DNA of 64,000 nucleotides. It comes from Antedon mediterranea. Lineage: Eukaryota; Animalia; Echinodermata. Every line of letters begins with the position of its first letter. The stretch's first letter is position 1. The stretch spans positions 11,058,101 through 11,122,100 of the forward strand of contig NC_092677.1 in the NCBI RefSeq assembly GCF_964355755.1. Direction: 5' to 3'. The notes under the pieces were generated by a model. That model worked only from the letters and a program-made list of their open reading frames with translations, did no database searches and was not told the origin of the DNA. A program made the position numbers and the translations under genes. Below, piece by piece: positions 12,782 through 25,538 of the stretch.

Positions 12782-14880
12782 AGTTCAATCAATAACTTCT
12801 TTATCATGAACGGACACTGAGTTGACGCGTGTGCGCGCGTACAAAACCCGCAATTGTTGTACGCATGCGTCATTTCTATAGCCTTTAATGTGCAACTGAC
12901 ATACACATTATATAAATCTAAATAGACACGAACCAAGCAGATAAATAACATTGATTATTATTTAATACGATAGCCCTATTATATTTAATGTATTGAATAT
13001 AAAGATATTAAAAATGCAAAACAATACGGTACCCGTCCTTATGATGGCTGGCCAAGTAGAAGTACTACTCTTTATTGGAAGTCAGACTTTCATCATCTAC
13101 AATATGAGATGATGTTGTTTAGGCCCTAGTTATAAGTGTGCCACTGGACATTTAACACGCGTGGACTAATAGCCCATTGACCTCTAATCCCAGCCCTAAT
13201 TCTGCATCGCATGGGGTTCCATTATTGATACATCCAAAAGTTTTGGATTCCAATTATGATGGTGATCTTATCTAGCTGGTTCCTCTTGTTGATCGATTGT
13301 GTACTGTTGATTTTAGTTACATCTAGGCCTATCAGTTGGTAATCTTTAGTTCTAAAGTGAGGTATATTGCCTAGGGAGACGTAGGCCTATGATGAGATGT
13401 AGATTAGGCTACTCACCATAACACCTGGACAGCACTCGATGAAAGGTTGAGACATGTCTATATTATTGTTTATTTCGCCGAAATAGATGACCAATGTGAC
13501 GTCATAATTAAATCATTTTAGATCAGTAGGCCGATATATGTTAACTAATCAGCGCAATCATTGCTAATTATATTTGAATCTTAATTAGTGCGACTTTACA
13601 TTTTTCGTTGGGGGGGGGGGGGGGGAGGGGAAATTAAATCGCAAACCCATCACTTCGGTCGGCCTACATTCGTTCCGTCATTTACCCTTTATCACCATCT
13701 CGTATTTATTATATCGGCATCATAACAATTCATTACCATAAATAGGCATAGGGCTTATTGTAAATATAATACCATCACTGCCACGCCATTGTTACTGTAA
13801 TAAAAACAAAAAGTTCGTGATTCTCAGTTTCACCTCATCACCGGTTCAGCATTTTAATAACGTTTTCATCATACAGGCCTAATTTCTCATGCTGCGACTT
13901 ATAAAGTAATCTCATCAGCGGGCCTGGATCCTCTTGATGGCCCAAACTGATGGCCCCCATATCAACTGTTTACAATTGAAGTGAGTAAAATATGGCTTAG
14001 TGCCAATCTCAGTAGATCTTCTTCTTTGATTTATTATAACTGCAACCGATGGTTCGTTCGTATCGCTATTTCTAATTATTATACGTCTCGATTGAATTAA
14101 AGTAAAGTAGACATTGTTATCAAATCTTTTTACAGATTTGTACTATTTCATTTTAAATAAAGTTGGAGTATTTCTTTTAAAATGTGGTGGATTTATATAC
14201 AAAACAGAGACGAGGTATTAATAGAAAACCATTTAATAAACTTTGCGTCAATTTAAAACGCAGCAGTAGATGTCAGATTGAGAAACGAATTATGTTACAC
14301 ACGCAAGTATATGTAAATAAATTGAAGATATTTCAAATGGAAAGACAACAAACCAGCCGCATTGTGTATTTATACATTATGAATAAAGACGTTTTTGACT
14401 CATTTATGACGCCTGCGCGGACAATAACCTGACAAAACACCTGGGACTGATTTTAAGAACAAATTAAAGACAAAATGTGAACATCGTTGAGCGGTGGTTG
14501 AGCTCGTTCAAAATCGTCTCTAGTCGAATGCAACTTATATTACCATTGCCTCAGAGTTCACACTGCATGTGGTTTCAGTGGTTTATATTATTTGTTTATT
14601 TGTTAACGATATTGATTTGTATAGGATACAAGTACGCTTACATAACTCCTACCCGTCGAAAAACAAAAATAACGACGAGAATTGGGTTGTCAATCAACAC
14701 TGGGCTAGATTTACCATTCGCCATAAATAGCCGTGTAAGAACGAACAAGTAAAGGTGTGAAAACTAACTGCACAAACTGCATTTATGATTTATTGCGCAA
14801 ACCGATCTACTATCTTGAATTTCAATTACTTGATCTTCTACATATATATTTAAAAATGATGAGATGAATGATGAAAGTTA

Positions 14881-15059
14881 AGCTTGGTTCCCACTAGAAC
14901 GTAACGCAAGGACGTAAACACAACGCAAGCGTTTCAACCAATGACAAGCGAAGTTATAGACAGTTAGCAATCACAAGCGAATAAGCCATCGCTTGTGATT
15001 GGTCAATTCACTTGCCTTGCGTTACGTCCTTGTGTTGCGTCGCTAGTGGGAACCACGCT
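14881..15059. mobile_element. MITE family B (PIF/Harbinger-like), intact copy with TTA target duplication
   Basis: TTA-AGCTTGGTTCCCACTAG ... CTAGTGGGAACCACGCT-TTA, with internal inverted CCAATGACAAGCG / CGCTTGTGATTGG. Confidence 0.85.
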
Positions 15060-16983
15060 TTATGAAGAAATATTGGAATAATTAGATCCCAGTGGATGTA
15101 TTTGGACGAATTTATTTTTGGTTCAATGGTTCTTATATTACTATCAATCAGTACATCGATAAGATTTAAATATAACTTAATATAGAAATAGATGTTGCTG
15201 CCCCAAAGCTCTGCTAACTTTTCTGACTGTTTTACTTTTCATTTTCGTCTCCATTGAGATGCAGCCACTGATACCCACATCATTGTAATTTTTTCAGTAT
15301 TTTGCCTTTGGATGTAATATAGAAATAGGTAAATATATTGGTGATGAGCGAATGATATACATTTTGTGCTATCTGTGCATTCACCAGGATGAGAATAGGA
15401 GAATACTTGCTGACTTGTTGATACACACGAAAGCGCACCGCCAGGTGATGATACGCCTCTACATGTCGACACGAGATGTACGAGTTTACCGTGGGCTATT
15501 GATTATTTTAGGACTTGTCTTGAATTTGTTTACATAGAAAAAAGTTTGTGTGCAGGAATTGCTTGTTTTCTTTAAGTATTAGATTGGATGCAGTTAGTAC
15601 TCAGATTGGTATTTTTCCTCCTTACAATAGACAAACTTATAATAAATCTCAAATTTATAACTGCTGTAGTTTATCATTATTATTAAATTTACAGTAATAT
15701 AGTTTAGATAACTTTACTATAAACAAATTATCTTCTCACGGTATTGTGTCTTCGTTTTACGACCGTTCGAAAGTAGTCGACGCAACTGTTCCATTGTGGC
15801 GTCACTGGCTTCAATCAAAGCAATCTAACCGTAACAGAATGCTGAGCTCCGGAGATCAAAGGATGTATCTGTGGCTGCGACACGATCAGTTTCACGCTCC
15901 TTAACAGACATTGCGCACCGCGGAGAATATTTACATAGTACAGTACTACTGGTATTTGTCGCAGCAAGACATAAGATCAATGAAATCAAAAGTTAGTTTA
16001 ATCTTACGTTGGGGTGTGTCATGATAATGTTCAGATCTGTTACATTTGTCAAAACATTTATTAGGAGGATAGAACTTTTCAAATTCCAAAATTTAGTCAA
16101 ATTAAAGTTTTAGGCCTACTATTTTTCATTAATTAGACTGAGATGCTAGATAGTGATATTTTTATTTTGCTATTCATGCATTTGATTCATAGATTGCATT
16201 TTAAAGAAGGTCCCTATATTATTTTTTCGTCAATTTCGGTAGTCAAAATCTAATTCATCCAAATTCAATCATAATTTTGTTTGGATTTCTTTCTTGCCTG
16301 TTGTTGTTTTCTGACTACAGTAGGCTAGGAGGCACCGGATCCCTGAAAAGATCAAGATTTAACCGATGCTAACTGGGGTACTTACACATTGATCCCAGTT
16401 AGCGGTGATGGTGTATCCCATACTCCGGTTTGAGTGCTAGCTTGGTGCATTTGTCTTTTTGTTCTCTTCCCTTTTGGTTTCCACTCTTTATTGTCGAGCG
16501 CATATAGGCTAGGCATCGTGTATTTGCGCTATATAAATCTATCTATCTATTATTATTTATTTTAATGTCAAATTTACTTCGGCGTGGATTTGTCAATAGG
16601 CCTATAATCTGGACGATCAACTACGCAACACACCATTTAACCACGCCCATATTTTGGGTGATTTGCGGCAGGTGTTATCTTGTTATGTTGGTTCAGCTCA
16701 TTTACCTGTCAGGTAGAGCGTGCCCGCATCATTTCCATCGAAATTTATGAGCGAACTTGTTTGTAGGTTTCGGCAATTTAAAGTCTGGCCACAAATTATA
16801 TCGGTCGAAAGCCACGCATGCTCAATGAAAGGTGAAAGGTGCGTTCTAGTTTTTTACAACACTTGACACAAACTCATCTAAGGATGAACTAAAATATAAT
16901 TATAACCAATTGAACCTTGTTCTAAATGCTACTAGGTCTCTACAACTTAAGCTATGGTTTCCACCGGGACGAAATACAACTAA

Positions 16984-17117
16984 AGCTCCTTCTACACTAT
17001 CAAACTTTATGTGTCAAAAATGTGTACCAATATATGTACACGATGATATCATATCGCTACCATATTTGGGAATATCACACTTTTTTTGTCAAACTAGTTG
17101 ATGATGTAGACGATGCT
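16984..17117. mobile_element. MITE family A copy in Hox intron 1
   Basis: AGCTCCTTCTACACTATCAAAC ... GTTGATGATGTAGACGATGCT-TTA. Confidence 0.7.
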
Positions 17118-19590
17118 TTAGACATAAGCGCAATGCCGGTAATTTGACTAATCACAAGCGATGGACCGTCCAAACTATTGGATCCGTTTAATATCGATTT
17201 GTCTGTTGACCAAAAAAAATAGATAAAACAGGTATAATAAAGGTTGACATTTTTGTGTAGGCCTATATACAGAAGATGAGGATGATATAACATGTTGACA
17301 CGTGACGTGAAGCGATAAATGACGTATTTATAGGCTGCAATAATTCAAGCGAAAAATCACTAATTCCCCGCGAGAGTACGAATACGATGAAATGGGGTGG
17401 TCTTTAACAAAATGCCATACCAAGTACTTAGCCTAACATTACCGTAATGAAAGCATACCGTAACACAGGTATGCCGAGTTTGACATATTAGTGACATTTT
17501 CTGACACAATCTTGTTCTTAAATGACGTATATAATGTTGTCGTTCATGAAACGTAACGTAGTAATATGTTTAGGTCAAACGATCTGCGAGGATGAGTTTT
17601 GCCATTTGTTTTTGTTCTTGGGCGACTCAGAAACGTAATTGTCGTTTTGTACACGAACCTTTATATTCAAGATTGTATTACAGTAATGAAATCCTGATGC
17701 GTACAACTCTTATTTATGTAATTGCAATAAATTCATCTATATATAAATTATGGTTAATTTTGACATAGGCGAGCATAATGGAAAAACTTCGGGACAAATC
17801 TCCGCCTTGGATACCTACCTTATCTATCTCAGATGTACCGCGAAACGTAGATTTGATAACATTAGTTTTCACTATTACGATATTGTTCCATATTTCTATC
17901 TTAGGAAGATATTATAAAGGGATTTGAAACAAAATTTCTGATTTCATCAGTATATTTTCAACTGTGCGCGGTAGAAGTAATTTTCGAAGCGAGCTCACCC
18001 TCTAGTATTACAAACAAACGAACCAAGAATGAATTTTGCCATTATTTGTTGTTTTATTGGGTGACTTCGACGAAACGTAAGTCGTTGTACACGAACCTTC
18101 ATATTCAAGTACGTAAAACAGTTATTAAATTGTAATAAATTCATATTTGATGTAAACTAATTTTTTTTTTTTTTAATGGAAAAGACGAGAAAAGATGAAT
18201 ATTTGACCATCCAATCAACCATCTCAAACATCCTTAACCATTTACCTATCCAGCCCAGATCCATCTCATTATCCACCATAAAACAACCAAACATAAGGCG
18301 ATTTACACGGCTTAATGTATGAATGTATTCCGCTTCATTTCAAGAACATGTAGGCCTACATCAAGAGTAGACTAATGGAATATACAGACTGTTTATTAAT
18401 AGTCAACGTCCGTGGGTCTGCAGTTATGAACCCTTAAGATATGATAACATCAATGACTAATGACTGTATGCTTAGTTCTATAAATCAATGTTCCTTACTC
18501 TAATCTAATCATTCGTTTTAAACGTCACATTGAACCAACATTCAAACACATGATTCTACTTTCACAACCTGACATTTGTCTCTGTGACAATTAATTATCT
18601 CATTTTGTCACAAGAATTTGGGGCTGCTTGAAGAAACAGAATTCAGTCAGTATACCTGTCTGTCCATCATTAATAAATCAATCTATAATCAATCAATAAC
18701 CAATCCCATTACACCATGGATTAAATCCACACCAAACTAGGTATATACTTGGATAAACCGTGTCTATAGGGCCTATTACAGGCGATACATGTGATAGGAT
18801 GTGACACCATATTGAAGAATTAGCCTATGACACAGCTGATGATAAAGCTTTACTCGTAGTGTTGTAGATTATTTTGCCGTGCTCATCTGTAAATCATCCG
18901 ATCCTATATATCTAGGCCTGTTAATTGATGTTCTCAATAATTAGAATACAGATATACGGCGCACACATCACAAATTAAAAGCATTACCCCAAGGTATCAA
19001 CACCTTACACCTTAAACAACATATTTCTTAAGTATCCCTAAACAATCGGTAGTTTAATTCTTTATGTTGTCATGTCTTCTACAAATACCTGTTGGCGTCG
19101 GTGATGTTCTTAACATAATGAACATTGCTAATTTTATTCATGAAAATGCATGATTTTAAGAATGTTTCGCAACGTGTAGATAGTGTCATATTGTTGTACT
19201 ATTCGTAACTATTACATTCGCATTAGTATCAGATACGTCAACACCGTTTTGTTTATATTCTACAACACGTACAAACCTCATTTAGTTAAGTAAACGTGTT
19301 GAACCATCTGATGGGTGACTTCACCCTGATTCGTGAAATATGTGTAGTTTATTATTCTGAATAATTCTATCTTGAATTTGGACAACCCATTTTTTTTTCA
19401 TACGTGAAAGTAGCAAGGTATTTGCCCCTGAGAACCCAAGACGAATTTATTCGCGCACGTCTAAAGATTAATGCCCATGCGTATTCATCTTATCTACTTC
19501 TACAAATTGCGCAACTAATCAGAACACAGGGATTTTGGAATCGCGTGAATATTTTCCTCGTGGAAATCAGGCTTAATGAACAATAATACT

Positions 19591-19750
19591 CATGTGTAAA
19601 TATACCCATGTGTAAATATACCCATGTGTAAATATACCCATGTGTAAATATACCCATGTGTAAATATACCCATGTGTAAATATACCCATGTGTAAATATA
19701 CCCATGCGTAAATATACCCATGCGTAAATATACACATGCGTAAATATAGT
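19591..19750. repeat. 16-bp minisatellite (CATGTGTAAATATACC) x~10
   Basis: Direct reading. Confidence 0.95.
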
Positions 19751-21573
19751 CATGTGTGAACCTCTTATGTGCACTTTAACAAAAACGCGTAAATCCGTAT
19801 GTACAACTGACGTACATAAACTGGTCGTGCCTTTGGTTTGCAACATGGTGAGTTTTCATGCATCAGTACTTTCGCAAGCTGAACTCGACACATAACACAC
19901 GTCTGTACGATCATGATACAATACAGAATGAATGGCATCCGTGTAGCGAGCGATTACCGAATATTACTTTACCCGCCTACTATCGAATTACTGTAGCCCA
20001 CTTATGCTTTCAAGTGTACTTGAGTTTTAAATTAATAGACCAGCACGCCGGACAATGTGTAACCGTCAAACCACGATGACGTCATGCACACTTGCAGCCT
20101 GGCACGCGACACCTTTCAGTTGGCCTACCATCACGTGAGTCGAGTATATCAGTCGCGGATTCGGTATTTTCGCGTGGAGATCGTGTATAAAAAAAATAAA
20201 AATGCTCATTAATTTCTTTTCTATTTAGTAATGTTAATGTTGATTAAAAAACAATCTTATACATAAGTTTAGATGGTCCCTAGTAATTAAAACACTGAAA
20301 CTCTAATGAAAATGTCATTTTAATCAATTTCCTCACTAACTGTACTAAAAGGCAAACGTTTTGAAATGTCTACACCCACCATACACCTATTCTTGGGACA
20401 CTCCCACTAAGGGGGAATGGTCACAATGTACGGGTCCTTTTAATTGGGGTTGTTTTACTTGAGGTCATCCACATACACAAACGCATCCACGCGTTTACAC
20501 ATTGATATGTAAACGTATGGGCGCGTTGTGTAAACGTCACGTCACTTTTCGATTAGTAGCCAGATAGCCTTCGGGCAGCAGATCACCAACTTTGTGCAAA
20601 TCAGCAACTTAAATAGTTTGCCATAGCGCCCTTTATTCTGTGGACCATGACAGGATAGCACGGACTGCCACCTAACAATATCAATGATCATGATGATGGC
20701 TAATTCAATACCATTTAGTGGTTTTTTTGTACTGTTAATTGTCGTTCAAAAGGTATTTGTGTCACAAATTATCGCCTGTTTTTGTTAAACTCAACAGCAT
20801 TTGTTATAACAATTTTCCCGAGTATGGTTATGTTTCGGCGATTAATTGTTTAATCTATCTATTCATTAATATTAGAGGTTAGATTCTCATTTATCATTGT
20901 CTGCGTGTGAGGAAATGATCAGAGGCAGGCTCCATGCGTAAGGTCGAGCGTGGCGCGTTTAAACCGCGACGCATTCGGGTCAAGGTCGACGACGTATATC
21001 TGGCGTTCCTTGACGCTTTCCTCCACAAGAAGCCTGGTATAACCATCCACTATATTATTGTTTGACCTAATAACATAGAATATTTTCAAATCGTAATAGT
21101 TTTTCATGCCATGATGAAAATAAACCAACTATGTAATTCAATCAATTAAAGTACCGGCTGCCGTTTCTGTTACTGCTTTACGCCAGTGACGTATCGCTAC
21201 TAAATGCATACTGTGCATTCAGTATGTAAAGTTGTAAAATGTAAGATTTAATGTAGACCTAAATTGAAACCATCCTGTACTGTAAACCATACAACAGATA
21301 CTTTTAAAAACGAAATGCCTTTATTGATGTTGATGGATATATAACGAAGGAACGGAAATAAATATATTAATTATTATATAATTTTTTTAACCACATAAAC
21401 GTATGAAATTATGGAAGAAACCCTATTTTCTAGTAATACTGTTGTATTAAAAAAAAAAAAAAATAAATAAATAAAAATCTCAACATTCTCACAAAAACCT
21501 GTAATAAACCAGACCTCTTTATAAATATAATAATACCAAATAATTCAAACATTATTGTTGCTTATTCTTTAAG

Positions 21574-21731
21574 GTGCGGACACGACAGAATTGGTGAGTC
21601 GAAGGCCAAAAAGACGTCCATATTCCAAGCTACAATTGCTGCATCTGGAGCGGGACTTTCAACGTTGCATGTACCCTAGCAAAGAAAGACGGGCTTGGCT
21701 TTCCCAATTCTTAAACCTTACAGAAAGACAG
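21574..21731 (+). CDS. Hox11/13: Posterior Hox gene, coding exon 2: linker plus homeodomain residues 1-44 ([53 protein letters not shown])
   Basis: Acceptor ttctttaag|, donor CAG|gtaata. The translation contains KRRPYSKLQ, the N-terminal arm typical of ambulacrarian Hox11/13b/c-type proteins, and LNLTERQ leading into helix 3. Confidence 0.93.
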
Positions 21732-21999
21732 GTAATATTTCTTATTTTGACTTCATTATTAACTTAGCTTAACTTAACTTAACTACAGCGCGTATTTCTT
21801 TAAAATGTTTTCTTGAAATGATTTGAACCTGCAAGCTTGAGTATAATCACTATTATGACGTCATACAGTAGGCTTGACATGAATAACAATATATGCTATA
21901 ACGTAATAATATCTATTTCACTAATGGTTACCACCTAAAGCGTTTAAAATGTGTCAGATATACAATGTAAATGGTTTTTTTCGTATTTTTTTTTCGTAG

Positions 22000-22122
22000 G
22001 TGAAAATCTGGTTTCAAAACCGACGTACCAAGATGAAACGAACTATGGAACGCGAAGAGCGTGATAACGAACAAATGCGACGTGATATGGCAAACCTCGC
22101 ACTCAAGTTTTACGTGGCTTGA
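22000..22122 (+). CDS. Hox11/13: Posterior Hox gene, coding exon 3: homeodomain 45-60 and C-terminus ([40 protein letters not shown])
   Basis: Strong acceptor tttttttttcgtag|, phase 0. Contains the canonical recognition helix VKIWFQNRR and a TGA stop at 22120-22122. Confidence 0.95.
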   Translation: [40 protein letters not shown]

Positions 22123-23189
22123 GAGATACATTCACAAACATTCCATGAAAGTCAGTAATGTTGTTACAGACTAAAATCTAAGAGTCTTCCAGCGAGGAAA
22201 TTTAGTTTTATATGTTTATAAGATCAGACGTATGTTTATATTTTTATGTCATGTCTGTTCCGCAAATGTGCTATGTATATAATACAATTTATAATGGCTG
22301 TAAATGAAATTCACAGCGAAAGAAGCACGACTTGAATAGCTAGAAATAGAACATCACCGAGTGATGTTAGAGCGAAAAAATTAAATTATATAGGCCTACA
22401 ATAGAACACCCATTAAGTGTCATATTAATAGAGATGTCCCCTGAATAGTGGTTGGCCGACTATTTTCCGTTATTTTCACTGGAAAGTATCGTCACCTTAA
22501 TAGGTACGTATCAATGCCAATTAACGCCCTATGTCTTCCATTCCACACGGTGGGGTTCTATATGTCCATACTGTAACAAGTATTAAATATCTCTGAACGT
22601 TTATTATGCAGATTACAGTTTTAATGCAAATTAAATGTTAAAGGTCACATGACCAATGACATCATCTTGATTTAAAAAAACATTCCTATGCATTGCGTCT
22701 TCCACAATGTATTAATGATATTTTTGATATGTTTGTTATGCTTACGATTTTTTAAATGTAATACGTGTGTAATTATGACATTCCATTGTAAAACCCTGTA
22801 CTTAAAGATTAGATTTTGTGCTGCGTTTTACGTTATTTCAAACCTCTTGATAGTTTATGCATTCCAATACAAATAAAGTAGGCGGTGACCTAGGCCTATG
22901 GAACAACCAAGAGACACCCCTAGTACTATTTGGTTACCACTGTATCTATTCAATAGGGGTACGTGTACAGACAACACTCTTTACAATGATAACTTACGAA
23001 AGTCAACGTGCCATTTAGTGACACGACAGAACTCTTTATACGCGATACTACAAATTGTTTTGTACGCATGCGTCAATTTTGTAAATCTCCGTGACGTCAC
23101 ATTTTCTGATATTACACCAAATGTAAAATCAATCAATCTACATTCCTTTATGTGTTAACATTGATTGTTATTGCAATGTTTAGGCCTAA

Positions 23190-23348
23190 AGCTCTGTCTA
23201 CACTATCAAACTTTATGTGACAAAAAAATATGATGTGCCCATGTACGAACATGATGTCATACCACTACCACATTGTGCCATATCACTATCATATTTGTGC
23301 ACATCACACTTTTTTTTGTCAAACCAGTTTGATAGTGTAGACAGAGTT
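23190..23348. mobile_element. MITE family A (PIF/Harbinger-like), most intact copy
   Basis: TIR AGCTCTGTCTACACTATCAAAC ... GTTTGATAGTGTAGACAGAG, flanked by TAA/TTA, with an internally palindromic body. Confidence 0.85.
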
Positions 23349-23544
23349 TTAGGCCTAAACATTTGAACTTGCTAGACACGTGATTTAGCTGTAATGATTT
23401 ATTCAAAATGTCTGCACCACCTGTCTTATTTGCTATTTTCGTACAAATTGTAATATATTATAGTCATGTATAAATGTTTATAACATCGTTTTAATGTTCT
23501 GGCTCACTATGTTAAAATGTATATATTAGTCTGGAAGAGCTGGT

Positions 23545-23722
23545 GACGTTGAGGAGTGGGTGGATGGAAAGGCGAAAGGGGAGGGTGGGGCTGATTGAAA
23601 GGGGAGGGATAGGTTAATTGGTGGAAGAGGAGGGATGGGTTGGTGGAAGGGGAGGGATGGGATGGTACGTGGAAGGGAGGGATCGGTAAGGGAAGGAATG
23701 AGGGAAGGGGTGTGGTGGTTGA
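23545..23722 (+). repeat. G-rich low-complexity tract (G-quadruplex-prone) downstream of the Hox gene
   Basis: Many GGG runs separated by 1-7 nt (GGGGAGGGATGGGATGG...). Confidence 0.6.
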
Positions 23723-24029
23723 GATCTCACATAATTCAACAGCTATGACATTTTAATTTGTTCGTAAGAGCTGTAAGAGTAAGGGCCATAACAAATGAGC
23801 ATATAATGTGTTTTAACAAATGACGAAATTGTTATGGATGATAAATTGATTTGTTATTAGAAATGTCATAGGCCTAAATATCTTTATTGTAATTTAACCA
23901 GCTGATTATGTGTTAACATTAATGTTTATTTTTTACTTTTGTAAATATCTGTACATACAATTTTTATAAAAATCAATAAAAAAATAAATTTATAGACATT
24001 TTATATTTGTTTATATTTTTTTAAATTTT

Positions 24030-24565
24030 ATTCTACATTGTTCAGACTCGCATTCTACATTGTTCAGACTCGCATTCTACATTGTTCAGACTCGCATTCT
24101 ACATTGTTCAGACTCGCATTCTACATTGTTCAGACTCGCATTCTACATTGTTCAGACTCGCATTCTACATTGTTCAGACTCGCATTCTACATTGTTCAGA
24201 CTCGCATTCTACATTGTTCAGACTCGCATTCTACATTGTTCAGACTCGCATTCTACATTGTTCAGACTCGCATTCTACATTGTTCAGACTCGCATTCTAC
24301 ATTGTTCAGACTCGCATTCTACATTGTTCAGACTCGCATTCTACATTGTTCAGACTCGCATTCTACATTGTTCAGACTCGCATTCTACATTGTTCAGACT
24401 CGCATTCTACATTGTTCAGACTCGCATTCTACATTGTTCAGACTCGCATTCTACATTGTTCAGACTCGCATTCTACATTGTTCAGACTCGCATTCTACAT
24501 TGTTCAGACTCGCATTCTACATTGTTCAGACTCGCATTCTACATTGTTCAGACTCGCATTCTACA
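24030..24565. repeat. Perfect 22-bp minisatellite (ATTCTACATTGTTCAGACTCGC) x~24
   Basis: Direct reading. Explains the three overlapping spurious ORFs. Confidence 0.97.
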
Positions 24566-25428
24566 GTTTAGGGTATTTAGGATAACACTGAAAACGCTAT
24601 GGGTCAAATGGCAAACATTCAACAATGGAACAGTCGTTCCTACAGATGATACAAATAACTAATATAAATACTCGTAAATATTGCAATATATAATATAAAA
24701 ATAAATCATTCATATATAACCGTATAGTGGGTACTATAAAATAATAATATTTCCCCTCCTGGGTAAATACACTAATTGTTGAAAAATAAAAATTGAAAAT
24801 AATCACCAATAACGTAGTCACAAAAATAACGTTGGTACATACGGGTTTATGATGAAAGTGATGGTTATGCAATATGAAAAAAGATTAAAATAATGGAAAT
24901 CAATAAAATATTTGTAATATTTGATCAACATGTGACGTAATTTACATAAATATCTTGATACCCAATGGTAAGCCTCGATTCTTTATATATTTGAATTTTC
25001 TGAAATACATATTGGAATACACCTCGTAAAACAAACAATAGGCAATGTTTGAGAGCAAACCTTTTCTGAGGACACCCATATTAACGGGCATTTAGTTGAC
25101 GGTTCCGAATTTATGCTTGGTTCGTAAAGTCACGTATATACGTCATATAGGTTAAATCGCTTGCGTTATGTCTACGCACTTGCCTTCCGTCTCTAGTTGG
25201 AAGCAGCTATCTTTACGATTTAACTTCATCATTTTTCTTCAATTTTTACAACAGAAATTCAAATTGAAATTCGCATAAAATATTAATAGTAGTGATCCCT
25301 TTTATTTTATACTTAGGTATCTGCAAGTGGTCTCTGTACAGGTACCAGTAAGCAGCTTAGGAGCCCTTTTTTATATTGCGATAAGATAAAAAAATTACGT
25401 TAGTTTGATTGACTGAAACTTTGATTAT

Positions 25429-25538
25429 AGCCCTTAGTCTACACTATCAAACTTTATGCGATGTGCCCATATATGGACACGATGATGTCATATCACTACC
25501 ATATTTGGGCATATCACATGTTTTTGTCACATAAAGTG
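25429..25538. mobile_element. MITE family A, partial
   Basis: GTCTACACTATCAAACTTTATG...GGGCATATCACATGTTTTTGTCAC. Confidence 0.65.

Noticed and set aside
24038-24662. Three long overlapping ORFs (167-200 aa)
   Set aside because: Artefact of a stop-free 22-bp tandem repeat.
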